Source: Verrucomicrobiaceae bacterium (lineage in GTDB: Bacteria; Verrucomicrobiota; Verrucomicrobiia; Verrucomicrobiales; Verrucomicrobiaceae). Taken from it: a DNA stretch of 64,000 nt. The notes beneath the pieces are model-generated. The model saw only the letters and a list, made by a program, of their open reading frames with translations, did no database searches and was not told the origin of the DNA. The DNA lies in assembly GCA_027486585.1 (NCBI GenBank), contig JAIXOU010000119.1, positions 17,061-81,060 of the forward strand. The letters run 5' to 3'. Position numbers and translations under genes: made by a program. Positions 44,992-55,808 of this stretch are shown piece by piece (position 1 is the stretch's first letter; every line of letters begins with the position of its first letter).

Positions 44992-47340
44992 ATGACATCA
45001 AAAATCACTCGTCGCAGCAGTTTTAAACTCATCACGGCCGGGACACTCGCAGGCATCGCGGGCCGACAGACTCCTGCGACTGCCGCTGAAATAGTTAAGA
45101 CTGACTGGGCCAAAACCCAGGATCGCGTGTTTCTCGGTGGCGAATTTTGGGCGAACCCGATGGAGGACTGGCGTGTGAGTGACGGCGGTGCTGAGTGCTT
45201 GAATTCAGGGGCTGGTCGCAGTGTGCATTCGCTCACTCATCAGATGACCCAAAAGGGTGCTTTTACCATGGCGGTCACACTCACTCGGCTAGAGGTGAAG
45301 AATACGGATGGCGGGGCTGGCTTCCGCATTGGGATTCGTAGTGAGCTGAATGAACATCGCAGCAATTGTTTTGTGCTCAAAGGCTTCGATGCAGGCTGGC
45401 AGGGTGATCAACTCATCCTGGGCACCCAAAAGACGGACGTTCCAGATGGCGCGAAGCTCAATCAAATGCGCCTCACCCTCAAAGGCGCGCCTGAAGGCGA
45501 GAAATGTGTTTTAACGCTCATCGCTACAAACACAAAGAACGGCAAAGAAATTGCCACACTCACTCAATCTGTCTTGGCCGAAAAGCTGCTCGGCAATGTC
45601 TCGCTAGCCAACAATTTCAACGAAGGTGCCGCCGGTGCCGCAAAGAAAAAGCGCAAGGGCAAAGAGCCAGCCAATATGGGCGGTGGTCGCTATCGTTTTC
45701 AAAATTGGACACTTGAAGGTGACGCCTTCACTGTGAGTGAGACGAACCGCTTCGGTCCCATCTTATGGTCCATGTATTCGCTAAGTGACTCACGCACGCC
45801 GGAAGGCTTTGTGATGAAAATCAGCGTTCTCACCGGACCCATGGGTGCAAAGGACAGCCAAGATGTCGAGCTTCACGTTCAGCAGAACGGAGCTTGGAAG
45901 TCGCTAGGCAAGGCCAAGCTCGATCCTGATGCCTGGGTGGCCACCTTTCGTGTTGCGAACTGGGATGCAAAGACGGCCACGCCCTACAAGCTCGTGTATC
46001 GCGAAAAGCATAAAGATGGCAGTGAAACACCGAATGAATGGACCGGCACCATTAAAGCCAATCCTGAAGGTCGCCCATTGCGCATGGCCGCACTGACTTG
46101 CCAGAACGATTACGGTTTCCCTTATGCGCCCGTGGCTGAAAATTTGGTTAAACTTGATCCTGATCTCGTCTTCTTTTCAGGCGATCAGATCTATGAGAAC
46201 CACGGTGGTTTTGGACTCATTCGTGAACCCGCAGAACTCGCGATCCTCAACTACTTGCGTAAATTTTATCAGCACGGCTGGGCTTTCCGTGAAGTCATGC
46301 GCAATGCACCGACGCTTTGTCTGCCCGATGACCATGACGTTTTCCAAGGCAACATCTGGGGTGAAGGCGGTAAGAAGATGGACGTGGGTGACAGCGGAGC
46401 TTCCTCCAAGGGTGGCTACATCGAGCCGGCACGCATGGTCAATGCCGTGCACAAAACGAATGTTGCACATCACCCCGACGCCTTTGATTCAAAACCCATC
46501 TTGCAAGACATCAGCGTCTATTATGGCGACATGGTTTATGGTGGCGTGAGCTTTGCCATCATCGCGGATCGTCAGTGGAAAAGTGGTCCTGAACATGTCG
46601 AAACAGGTGGCGGCAGAGCTGACCACGTCACCGATGCAAACTTCGATACGGATGCGCTCGACAAACCAGGGCTTGTCATGCTGGGCGAGCGTCAGGAAGC
46701 CTTTCTCAAACAATGGTCAGAGGACTGGCGCGGTCACACTCTTAAAGCGCTGCTTAGTCAAACCGTTTTCATCAATGCCGCTACGCATCATGGCAGCGAG
46801 GATGGCTATTTGAAAGCGGACCTCGATTCAGGTGGCTGGCCGCAAACACCGCGTAATCGCGCCATCGACATCCTCCGCCCTTCCATGGCTTTGCACATCA
46901 ATGGTGACCAGCATTTGACTACACTGGCTCAATACGGCGTAGATAAACAGCGCGACAGCAATTGGTCCTTCTGCACACCTGCCATCTCCGCGGGTTATCC
47001 GCGCTGGTGGCGGCCTGACGACATGAAAATGCCGCACTCGAATCGGCCCAAACATGGACAGGAAAACACCGGCGAATATCTCGATGGACTCGGCAACAAA
47101 GCCTACATTTACGCCGTCGGAAATCCACAAGTCGGTAAAGCCCCAAATCGCTATGACAAAGCTCATGAAAAGGCCAGTGGTTTTGGCTTTATCACCTTCG
47201 ATACCGATAAAAAGACTTACTTCATCGAGTCCTTCCGCTTTCTCATTGATGCCACTGATGGCAAACCGACTAACCAATTCCCAGGTTGGCCGGTAACCAT
47301 TCATCAAAAGGAAAACCGTGGTGAAAACATCCTGGGTTGA
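44992..47340 (+). CDS. Tat-exported PhoD-family metallophosphatase with N-terminal extension
   Basis: ITRRSSFK Tat motif; CQND, GDQIYE, PDDHDV, INGDQH PhoD ligand motifs. ATG 44992 preferred. Confidence 0.82.
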   Translation: MTSKITRRSSFKLITAGTLAGIAGRQTPATAAEIVKTDWAKTQDRVFLGGEFWANPMEDWRVSDGGAECLNSGAGRSVHSLTHQMTQKGAFTMAVTLTRLEVKNTDGGAGFRIGIRSELNEHRSNCFVLKGFDAGWQGDQLILGTQKTDVPDGAKLNQMRLTLKGAPEGEKCVLTLIATNTKNGKEIATLTQSVLAEKLLGNVSLANNFNEGAAGAAKKKRKGKEPANMGGGRYRFQNWTLEGDAFTVSETNRFGPILWSMYSLSDSRTPEGFVMKISVLTGPMGAKDSQDVELHVQQNGAWKSLGKAKLDPDAWVATFRVANWDAKTATPYKLVYREKHKDGSETPNEWTGTIKANPEGRPLRMAALTCQNDYGFPYAPVAENLVKLDPDLVFFSGDQIYENHGGFGLIREPAELAILNYLRKFYQHGWAFREVMRNAPTLCLPDDHDVFQGNIWGEGGKKMDVGDSGASSKGGYIEPARMVNAVHKTNVAHHPDAFDSKPILQDISVYYGDMVYGGVSFAIIADRQWKSGPEHVETGGGRADHVTDANFDTDALDKPGLVMLGERQEAFLKQWSEDWRGHTLKALLSQTVFINAATHHGSEDGYLKADLDSGGWPQTPRNRAIDILRPSMALHINGDQHLTTLAQYGVDKQRDSNWSFCTPAISAGYPRWWRPDDMKMPHSNRPKHGQENTGEYLDGLGNKAYIYAVGNPQVGKAPNRYDKAHEKASGFGFITFDTDKKTYFIESFRFLIDATDGKPTNQFPGWPVTIHQKENRGENILG

Positions 47341-47360
47341 TCCAGCAGCTTCGATTGTCC

Positions 47361-50030
47361 ATGCGTTTTATTGCTATCAGCCTGCTAACAGTCTTCAGTG
47401 CTTCAGCCGCTGACATTCAGCCCTTGCTGAAGACCTATTGCTTTGACTGCCACAACTCTGAAAAACACAAAGGCGATGTTGATCTGACACATTTCGGTTC
47501 CCCTCAGAGTGTGCAGAAAGACTTTAAGTTATGGCAGGCCATGTTGCAGCAGGTCGAGGAAGAGGAGATGCCGCCAAAGAAGCCGATGCCGTCTTCGGCA
47601 GAGCGTGAGAAAATTGTCGAATTTTTGCGTCAGGGACTGGCTTCGATTGATTGGAGTCAGCAGAAGGGCATTGAACACATCACGCTTCCTCGCCTCACAA
47701 AGAGTGAATACAACAACACACTGCGTGATCTACTTGGCATCGACTTTGAGCCTGGAAAGCTCCTTCTTGATGACGGCCCAGGCCTTTCCGGTTTCACCAA
47801 TGACCGTGATGCGCTCTTCATCTCACCAGCGTTGGCTGAGCAGCTTTTTGACGCAGCGGATTATGCTCTGGGTGCGGCACTCGCTTTGAAGCAACCACCG
47901 ATGCAGAAGCATTATGAAGCCGAAGGCATGCTCATGACAGAGCGTGGCTCGAAACCTGAGGAATTGCCAGGCGGCGGAGTCGGTTATTCGCTCGCTGGGG
48001 CAGGTCAGCGTACGCTTTATGACGAAGTCATTGTTCCTGTCGATGGCTGGTATCGCATGGTCGTAAAGCATGTTGGTCGAGGGGGGGACAGTGGCTTGAG
48101 GTTGCGCATCGATAATGAATCACGCGCTTATTTCCTCTGCGTTGATGATAAGCCCCAAGAGCAGGCCGTTGAGTTACTGCTGCGTGCTGGATCGCATCAG
48201 ATGACTTGGAATATTGACAATGGAAGCCTCCCCGCTGCTAAACCCCAAGCGCCTCGCAGGAGTCGAAAAGCGTCCAAGGGTAATTATCCCGCATTCGATC
48301 AGAAAAAGGCCGCGCCATTGGTCGCCGAGGCATCAAAGCAGAATGCACCGAAACTCGTCGCTTCTGCAAGTGCATCGGCTGACATCAAAAGGCTGATGGA
48401 TTTGTTGAATCGTAACTTTCAAAGCATGCAGATGCGCATCGAGTATCTCCGTGCAGTCACACCTGAAGGCCATCCCACTGAACTCCGCAGCTTTTACGGC
48501 TTACTTCCAGAACGCACCGCCAACATGGTCGCAGTCAAACATCAGCTTGCCAAGGCCATGCAGGTCTCAGTAGCGGAGATCGATCAACAAATCGAGGCGG
48601 CTAACGTGGCTAAGCTCGCAAGCAATCGCAAAGTCGTTGGTGATTCACTCGAAGTGCTTCAGGTGCCCTTTGATCCTGCTTCGCTCATTGGCAGCGCCGC
48701 CGCAAAAGAGGTCGCTAAACCGCAACGCAACGGTGCTCCTGGCGTTGATTGGATCAAAGTTGAAGGGCCGATTTCACCCTCAGGCTCAAATCTACGCGCT
48801 ATCTTCCAATCCGATGCCCGTGAGGCTCTCGTAGCCTTTTTGCCAGACGTCTTTCGTCGTCCGGTTCGTGAAGGCGAACTACTTAAACACATGCAGCTTT
48901 ATGGCAAAGCCAAAGCACGTGGTGAATCGCATGACCAAGGCCTCAAACTTGCATTCACGGCTGCATTGACTTCGCCGAGCTTTCTTTTCCGCGATGAACT
49001 GACCTCAGGAAAACTCACGGACCATCAACTTGCCAATCGTCTCAGTTATTTCCTCTGGATGACCATGCCCGATGACGAACTCCGAGTCCTCGCTGACGCC
49101 GGCGAGCTCCATGATGACTCCACGATTAAGTTACAAGTGAAGCGCATGCTTGCCGATCCGAAGTCACGCGCCTTTGTCAGTGCTTTCCTCGGCCAATGGC
49201 TCGGCTTTGATGGCCTAGGCACCGAGCACGTTCCCGATGCCAAGAAGTTTCGCGACTTCACACCCACGCTTGCCCAAGCTATGAAGCTGGAGCCTGTGCT
49301 CGTCTTTGAAAATCTCCTGCGCGGCGGTGGTAGCCTCACGCGCTTGCTCGACAGTCGAGAGACCTTTGCCAATGCTGAACTTGCGAAGCTTTATGGCTTT
49401 GACCTAACCGGTGATGCCATGCAGCCCGTCAAATACGTGAATGATCAACGTGCTGGCCTTCTCGGCATGGCTGCCGTGCTCACGGCATCTTCCACGCCGA
49501 ACCGCACGAGCCCTGTGATTCGTGGTAAGTGGGTGCTAGAAAACTTGTTAGGTCGTAAACTCGCCGAACCTCCCGCCGACGCCGGCCAACTCGACGACAA
49601 GGCCGGTGAACGTGGCAAAACCTTGCGTGAAGAACTCGCTGCGCATCGGCGGAATGAAAGTTGTGCCAGTTGCCATGATAAGATCGACCCCATTGGCTTT
49701 GGCTTGGAGAATTTTGACGCCATCGGTCGCTTCCGCATCGAAGAGGCCGGTAAACCCGTGGATGCGAGCGGCACGCTCCCTGGTGGTATCACCATCCAAG
49801 GCCCCGCCGAGCTCCGAGGCGCCATCCAATCGCGCCATGAAGACGAATTCCTCCTTAACCTTACCCGTCGCCTCACTGCCTTCGCTCTCGGACGTGCTCT
49901 AAAGCCCCAGGATGAAGGTCTCATTCGTTCATTGATGTCCGATTTGAAAAATGCTGGCTATCGGGCCGATGCACTTGTCGAAGCCATCGTGATGAGTGAG
50001 GCGTTTCGGACGCAGGGAAACTCAAACTGA
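47361..50030 (+). CDS. DUF1592/DUF1587/DUF1595/DUF1588/DUF1585 protein with planctomycete cytochrome c domain
   Basis: YCFDCH, RLTKSEYNNTLRDL, LANRLSYFLW..PD.EL, TSPVIRGKWVL, CASCHDKIDPIGFGLENFD. Confidence 0.88.
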   Translation: MRFIAISLLTVFSASAADIQPLLKTYCFDCHNSEKHKGDVDLTHFGSPQSVQKDFKLWQAMLQQVEEEEMPPKKPMPSSAEREKIVEFLRQGLASIDWSQQKGIEHITLPRLTKSEYNNTLRDLLGIDFEPGKLLLDDGPGLSGFTNDRDALFISPALAEQLFDAADYALGAALALKQPPMQKHYEAEGMLMTERGSKPEELPGGGVGYSLAGAGQRTLYDEVIVPVDGWYRMVVKHVGRGGDSGLRLRIDNESRAYFLCVDDKPQEQAVELLLRAGSHQMTWNIDNGSLPAAKPQAPRRSRKASKGNYPAFDQKKAAPLVAEASKQNAPKLVASASASADIKRLMDLLNRNFQSMQMRIEYLRAVTPEGHPTELRSFYGLLPERTANMVAVKHQLAKAMQVSVAEIDQQIEAANVAKLASNRKVVGDSLEVLQVPFDPASLIGSAAAKEVAKPQRNGAPGVDWIKVEGPISPSGSNLRAIFQSDAREALVAFLPDVFRRPVREGELLKHMQLYGKAKARGESHDQGLKLAFTAALTSPSFLFRDELTSGKLTDHQLANRLSYFLWMTMPDDELRVLADAGELHDDSTIKLQVKRMLADPKSRAFVSAFLGQWLGFDGLGTEHVPDAKKFRDFTPTLAQAMKLEPVLVFENLLRGGGSLTRLLDSRETFANAELAKLYGFDLTGDAMQPVKYVNDQRAGLLGMAAVLTASSTPNRTSPVIRGKWVLENLLGRKLAEPPADAGQLDDKAGERGKTLREELAAHRRNESCASCHDKIDPIGFGLENFDAIGRFRIEEAGKPVDASGTLPGGITIQGPAELRGAIQSRHEDEFLLNLTRRLTAFALGRALKPQDEGLIRSLMSDLKNAGYRADALVEAIVMSEAFRTQGNSN

Positions 50031-50092
50031 ATCCTAGTTAGATTCCATGTAAGGTGGCTGGGAGGCCAGTCGTTATGAGCCCAATATAAAAA

Positions 50093-51394
50093 ATGAATAC
50101 TCGAATTGAACGCCGCACTTTTCTTCGTGGAGTCGGAGCCACGTTGGCTTTGCCTTGGCTTGAAATCATGACGACTAGGGCTCGTGCGGCGCAAAAGTTA
50201 CCGCCCCGGCGGTTCGTCACCTTTTTCCAACCGAACGGAGTTTTCCCGAAGGCGTGGAATGTGAAGGGTGAGGGCAGGGACTTCGCGCTGTCACCGATTT
50301 TAGAGCCATTGGCGGAGTTTAAGAACGACATGGTGGTGCTCAGTGGCATTGACAGTTGCGGCAAAGGCCATGTGAAACTCACGGGTGCCTTTCTGACGGG
50401 AACCTCGATCGAAAATGGGATGAATGGCATCTCGGTTGATCAAGTCATCGCGCGGCAGATTGGCAAGGGAACGCGTTTTTCGAGTCTTGAGCTCGGAACA
50501 GAGCCTCCACGTCAAGGCATGGCCGGTGAAGATCCTATTGCACTTGCGAATACGGTTTCATGGAGCAGTGCCACGCAGCGTATCTCTCCGGAAATCAGCC
50601 CGCGTGCGGCGTTTGATCGGTTGTTTCGCGATCCGGCCTCACCAGAGGCACGACGTGCAGCGGAGAATCGCCGCAGTGTGGTGGATCTTGTTTTGGAGGA
50701 TGCCAAGGCGCTTCAAAAAATTGCCAGTGGTCGGGACAAAGAGAAGATCGACGAATACCTCGATGGCGTGCGCGGTGTGGAGCAGCAGATCGAGCGCACG
50801 ATGAATCCACTTGCGCCGGAATGGACCGCGCTCACTGCGCCTGACATGAAGCGACCTCCTGCAGGCATCCCGCTGAATAAAGATGAGCACATGCGTCTCA
50901 TGCTCGATGTCATGGTGTTGGCCTTGCAAACGGATACGACCCGCGTGGCCACCTTCATGAGTGCGCATGGTTTCAGCCGCCAGAACTTCACCTTTCTGGA
51001 TGGCGTGAAGAACGATCACCATGGCATGAGCCATCACAAAAATCAGGAGGCACTGGTTAAAGAATATACCACCGTGAGCCGCTGGTATGCTCAGCAGGTG
51101 CAGTATTTGCTGACGAAGATGCGCGGCATCGATGAAGGCAATGGATCGCTTCTCGACAACAGCATCGTGCTCTATGGCAGCGAGATGAAGGACGGTAATG
51201 GCCACATCAAGGAGGATCTGCCTCTCGTGTTAATTGGCAAAGGCCAAGGCAGGGTAAAGACGGGGCAGCATCTTGCTCTCGATAAAGGCACACCATTGGC
51301 CAATTTGCATCTAACCATCGCGCAACAGTTTGGTGCGGAGATACCGAGCTTTAACAACGTGAGCACAGGCACTCTGAACGGTCTGTTTGTTTAA
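50093..51394 (+). CDS. DUF1552 (HXXSHH) protein
   Basis: RRTFLRGVG..LPWLE, ISVDQVIA..IG..TRFSSLELG, HHGMSHH, LLDNSIVLYGSEMKDGNGH; usual partner of DUF1592. Confidence 0.9.
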   Translation: MNTRIERRTFLRGVGATLALPWLEIMTTRARAAQKLPPRRFVTFFQPNGVFPKAWNVKGEGRDFALSPILEPLAEFKNDMVVLSGIDSCGKGHVKLTGAFLTGTSIENGMNGISVDQVIARQIGKGTRFSSLELGTEPPRQGMAGEDPIALANTVSWSSATQRISPEISPRAAFDRLFRDPASPEARRAAENRRSVVDLVLEDAKALQKIASGRDKEKIDEYLDGVRGVEQQIERTMNPLAPEWTALTAPDMKRPPAGIPLNKDEHMRLMLDVMVLALQTDTTRVATFMSAHGFSRQNFTFLDGVKNDHHGMSHHKNQEALVKEYTTVSRWYAQQVQYLLTKMRGIDEGNGSLLDNSIVLYGSEMKDGNGHIKEDLPLVLIGKGQGRVKTGQHLALDKGTPLANLHLTIAQQFGAEIPSFNNVSTGTLNGLFV

Positions 51395-52869
51395 TGTGTG
51401 TGATGCACCTCAAACACCTCCTCGTTGCGATATCACTCGTCGCTGTGGCGTGCAGCGCCGCGCCTCCGAACATTGTCTGGATCATCGCGGATGACATGTC
51501 GCCAGACACTGGGGCGTATGGCCTGGCGCAGGTGAAGACACCGCATCTGGACCAGCTCGCAGCAGACGGGCGGCGCTACACGCGGGCTTACTCGACAGCG
51601 CCGGTTTGCAGCTCCTCGCGCTCGGCTTTTATCCTCGGTTGTTATCAAACGACGACGGGTCTGCATCCGCATGACACGGAGAACCCGCAGCCCTTACCTG
51701 AGCCCTACAAACCACTGCCGACGATCCTGCGTGAGGCTGGCTGGTTTGTCACAAACGCGGCCGCGCCGGGCAGCATTCGCAGCGGGAAGAAGATCACCAA
51801 AGGCAAAACGCATTACAACTTTGCCCACGATGCAAAGCAGCTCTTCGATGGCGATGACTGGCGGAAGCGGAAGCCTGGACAGCCATTTTTTGCGCAGTTT
51901 CAGATCACGGAGCCACATCGTCCGTTTCCTATTCCACAGTCGTTTGATGAAGACGCTCTCGCCGCGATCCAGTTGCCGAAAAACTACCCCGACCATCCGC
52001 TCGTTCGACGTGATTGGTATGCGTATCAGCGCAGTGTGGAGGTCGTGGATCAGCGAGTGGGAGCCATTCTCGATCAGCTCCAAGAGGAAGGTGTTCTCGA
52101 CAATACCATCGTGCATTTTTTTGCCGATCACGGTCGCCCCATGCCCTGGGGCAAGCAATGGCTCAGCGTCGAAGGTTTGCAGGTGCCGCTGATCGTGCGC
52201 GGACCAAAAATCTCGGCGAATCAGGTGGAGGAACGCCTCGTGAGCCTTATCGATCTCGCGCCATCAGCGTTGAAGATCGCTGGTCTGCCTGTGCCGGAGT
52301 GGATGCAGGGCAAAGCCATCCTCAGTGGCGACTTCCCGGCCCGTGAGCAGCTGTTCGCCGCGCGAGATCGCTGCGGCGATGCCATGGATCGAATCCGCGC
52401 AGTCATCACAAAGGATCATTGGTTCGTGAGAAATTTCATGCCCAAGCTGTCTCGGTTGAACTGGTCCGGTTATAAAGAGGATCAATACCCCGGCATGCCG
52501 TTGCTACGTGAGTTGCAGCGTGAAGGTGCCCTTGCACCCTTTCCCTCACAATGGCTCGCCTCCACGCGACCTGAAACAGAGCTGTTCGACCTCAAAACCG
52601 ATCCACAGGGTCTTCACGCCATCACCGAACCCCAGGTGACTGCCGACTTCACACAACGCCTCGATACTTGGATCGCCGAAACCAAAGACCAAGGTGCAAA
52701 AGGTGATCCCGGCACCGAACCGCCACTTGCCGAAATCCAAAAAAACAAGCGTGCTGACTACCAGCGCACCTGGAGCAAGCGTCTCAGCAAACCTGAGCCA
52801 TCGGATGCTGAAAAACTTGCGTGGTGGATGAAAAGCTATCACTTGGATGCAGAGCGTGCGGTGCCGTGA
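51394..52869 (+). CDS. Sulfatase (S1 family)
   Basis: PNIVWIIADD, APVCSSSR, EPHRPF, FADHG, VSLIDLAPS, ELFDLKTDP. Confidence 0.9.
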   Translation: MCVMHLKHLLVAISLVAVACSAAPPNIVWIIADDMSPDTGAYGLAQVKTPHLDQLAADGRRYTRAYSTAPVCSSSRSAFILGCYQTTTGLHPHDTENPQPLPEPYKPLPTILREAGWFVTNAAAPGSIRSGKKITKGKTHYNFAHDAKQLFDGDDWRKRKPGQPFFAQFQITEPHRPFPIPQSFDEDALAAIQLPKNYPDHPLVRRDWYAYQRSVEVVDQRVGAILDQLQEEGVLDNTIVHFFADHGRPMPWGKQWLSVEGLQVPLIVRGPKISANQVEERLVSLIDLAPSALKIAGLPVPEWMQGKAILSGDFPAREQLFAARDRCGDAMDRIRAVITKDHWFVRNFMPKLSRLNWSGYKEDQYPGMPLLRELQREGALAPFPSQWLASTRPETELFDLKTDPQGLHAITEPQVTADFTQRLDTWIAETKDQGAKGDPGTEPPLAEIQKNKRADYQRTWSKRLSKPEPSDAEKLAWWMKSYHLDAERAVP

Positions 52870-53044
52870 ATTAATCTGAGTTGCCAAGATGCGTTAGCAA
52901 AGTAGCCATCTCGCTCCCCGAAATGTGCAAAGAGCTTCCATTAAAAGTGTCCAATGACCGAACTTGAACAGTGCTCTACCTAGCCGCTGAAAGAACCAAA
53001 GATGTTCTGGAGATGAGACCTGTTTGTCGATTAGGCTGCCATCA

Positions 53045-53968
53045 ATGAATGATTCCTCTACGAACCCCGAACCACCTAAAGCCAAAGGTTGTATCATACT
53101 TCTGGCATTGGGATGTTTGGTTTTGCTCGCGGGCTGGCTCTTTCCACCTCTTCAACTCATGGGCTGTGCAGTCACTCCCTCACGTCTCATTGGTCAAGTG
53201 CTTGATCAAGATGGGAAGCCTATACCTGAGGCAACCATTATCATCAGGCGACACCTTTCACCCCTCAGCGAAAAGGGAGATAAAAGCACCACAGCTTCAG
53301 ACGCATCGGGCAGATTTTCCTACTATGGGGTCCACGGCTTTTTTTTATTCATTTCGGCGAATAAGGAAGGCTATTATCCGGTTCATGAAGATCTTCCTGA
53401 ACGTGGGCTAAGTCGTTCTGAACGAAGCTTTGGCCAGTTTGACGGCGGATTCCCCAATCCTAAGCATCCCGAAGTGTTTCATCTGTTTCGGCCCCCTACC
53501 CCAGAGACGCTGATCCCACAGCGATCACGCGATTACCTAATTGCCAGAGATGGATCACCCATTGTCGCACGGCTCAATCCGTCCGACTTTGGTCCGCAAC
53601 CCGAGATCGAGTTACGGTGCTGGACGAGTGTGCCTAAAGGTCAGGAAAGTAGGCGCTATGAATGGCACGCAGAGATTCGTCCACGCAATGGTACCCTAGT
53701 GCGAAGGAAAGACCCGTTTGATTTGATTGCTCCGACAGATGGCTACACACCTGTCATCGAAATCAAAATGCCAGTCCACATCGATCAAGATGTGAACCCG
53801 CAATGGAGCAGTGACGTTGAGGTAGATGCCTTTTACCATTTCGAGGGTGATTTCTACGCCCGTGCGAAAGTGAGGTTTATTGCAGGAGGTGGTCATTTCG
53901 TTGTCTTCGAATCCCAACTGAATCCGAAAACAGGCTCACGAAATCTGTCCACCCTGCCGAAACCTTAG
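53045..53968 (+). CDS. Membrane-anchored protein with a carboxypeptidase-regulatory-like Ig domain
   Basis: N-terminal TM helix; GQVLDQDGKPIPEATI..SDASGRFSY..ISANKEGYY. Confidence 0.65.
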   Translation: MNDSSTNPEPPKAKGCIILLALGCLVLLAGWLFPPLQLMGCAVTPSRLIGQVLDQDGKPIPEATIIIRRHLSPLSEKGDKSTTASDASGRFSYYGVHGFFLFISANKEGYYPVHEDLPERGLSRSERSFGQFDGGFPNPKHPEVFHLFRPPTPETLIPQRSRDYLIARDGSPIVARLNPSDFGPQPEIELRCWTSVPKGQESRRYEWHAEIRPRNGTLVRRKDPFDLIAPTDGYTPVIEIKMPVHIDQDVNPQWSSDVEVDAFYHFEGDFYARAKVRFIAGGGHFVVFESQLNPKTGSRNLSTLPKP

Positions 53969-54058
53969 ATACAGTTCTTCCGCTTTGGAAAATTGCACAT
54001 TCATAATCAGCAACATGCAACATCCGCAGCCTGCCTATCGTTTCGCGGATTCCAGATC

Positions 54059-55789
54059 ATGAAATTCATCTTCAGCCTTCTCCTGTTTTCTCCTAGCCTG
54101 CTCTTTGCTGAGCTGAGTGTGCCACATTTCTTCAGTGATCACATGATCCTTCAGCGGGAGCGCACAGCCGCGATTTGGGGCAAGGCGGATGCGGGAGTGG
54201 AAGTGAGCGTGAGTTTCAAAGGCAAATCGACATCGACCCAAGTGGGTGCGGATGGCAAATGGCGGGCGCAGATCGAAACCGGTGCGGCGGATGCGAAGGG
54301 CGCGGTGCTGACAATCACGGCAGGCGCCGAAAAGATCGAAATCCAAGATGTGCTCGTGGGCGAGGTGTGGTTCGCGTCCGGTCAGTCGAACATGTTTTAC
54401 ACGATGAATCGCTCGCCGGAGTATGCGGGGCTCATCGCGGAGTCGAATCATCCGGCGCTGCGAATGTTCAACGCACCGCTGGTGACGGCAGAAGCCAATC
54501 AGGATGACATCGAAGGCTCCTGGAAGGCAGCGACGCCGGAGACGGTGCCGGATTACTCGGCGGTGGCGTTTTTCTTTGCGCGGAAGCTGCATCTAGAGCT
54601 CGGCATCCCTGTTGGTGTGATCAAATCAGCTTGGGGCGGCAAGCCTGTGGAGACTTTTACCAGTCGCGAGGCGCTGAACACGCTGCCGGGCACGAAGGAG
54701 CTCGTCGATGCAATGTTGAAGGATGAGGCGAGCTACGATCAATCCAAGGCGGATGCGGCTTATGCGACCAAACTGGAGCAGTGGAAAGCCACCATGGCTG
54801 CGGCGAAGGGCAAATCGGCCGAAGAGCGTAAGCGCCTTCCGAAGAAACCTGATGTTCCGAAGCGTCCACTGCTCACCGAGGGTAAGCCTGGCGTCCTTTA
54901 TGCGGCGATGATTCATCCGTTTGTCGGTTACACGATGCGCGGGGCGATCTGGTATCAGGGCGAAGGCAATGCACGGCCCGGCGCGGTGCCTTATGATCAG
55001 ACGCTGCCACTGATGATCAATGACTGGCGAAAGCGCTGGGCGGATGAATTCAGCTTTTATTATGTGCAGCTTGCCAGTTACCACGCGCCATCGACCGAGC
55101 CTGGAACGCCGGATTCATGGGCGCTTACGCAGGAGCGCATGCGCCTCGTTTTGGGCACAACGCCGAAGACGGGCATGGCGATCACCAATGACGTTGGCGA
55201 AGCGAACGACATTCATCCGAAGAACAAAAAAGATCCAGGCGAGCGACTTGCACGCTGGGCTTTGGCGAAAGACTATGGCAAGGAGCTGACCTATAGCGGC
55301 CCGCTCTTTAAATCGAGCGCTGTGCAGGACGGCACGATCCGTGTGACCTTTGAACAAAGCGGCGTGGGCCTGAAATCCCGCGATGGCGGCGCTTTGAAGC
55401 GCTTCGAGATCGCCGGAGCCGACAAAGTGTGGAAGTGGGCGGAGGCCAAGATTGACGGCACCGACAGCGTGATCGTTAGCAGCACTGAAGTGAAAGCTCC
55501 AGTAGCTGTGCGCTATGCCTGGGCAGCGAATCCCGAGGGTGCAAACCTCATGAACAGCGACGGTCTGCCAGCCTCTATCTTCCGTACGGACGATTGGGAC
55601 GATGTGGAGATCAAAGTGGATAACGCAGCTCAACAAGCCGCCAGCGAGCGTCGAGTGCTCGGGGACCAAATCAAAGCCATTGCAGCAGAGCGGAACAAGC
55701 TTGATAAAAAGAGCCCTGAATACCGCGAGCTACAAAAAAAGTTTCTGCCACTGATGGAAAAGTATAAGGCGACAGCGCCGAAAAACTAA
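54059..55789 (+). CDS. Sialate O-acetylesterase-family (SGNH) carbohydrate esterase
   Basis: VLVGEVWFASGQSNM, WYQGEGN, DIHP, VRYAW. ATG 54059 gives a signal peptide. Confidence 0.88.
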   Translation: MKFIFSLLLFSPSLLFAELSVPHFFSDHMILQRERTAAIWGKADAGVEVSVSFKGKSTSTQVGADGKWRAQIETGAADAKGAVLTITAGAEKIEIQDVLVGEVWFASGQSNMFYTMNRSPEYAGLIAESNHPALRMFNAPLVTAEANQDDIEGSWKAATPETVPDYSAVAFFFARKLHLELGIPVGVIKSAWGGKPVETFTSREALNTLPGTKELVDAMLKDEASYDQSKADAAYATKLEQWKATMAAAKGKSAEERKRLPKKPDVPKRPLLTEGKPGVLYAAMIHPFVGYTMRGAIWYQGEGNARPGAVPYDQTLPLMINDWRKRWADEFSFYYVQLASYHAPSTEPGTPDSWALTQERMRLVLGTTPKTGMAITNDVGEANDIHPKNKKDPGERLARWALAKDYGKELTYSGPLFKSSAVQDGTIRVTFEQSGVGLKSRDGGALKRFEIAGADKVWKWAEAKIDGTDSVIVSSTEVKAPVAVRYAWAANPEGANLMNSDGLPASIFRTDDWDDVEIKVDNAAQQAASERRVLGDQIKAIAAERNKLDKKSPEYRELQKKFLPLMEKYKATAPKN

Positions 55790-55808
55790 CGGAAGTCTTA
55801 TTCTTCTC

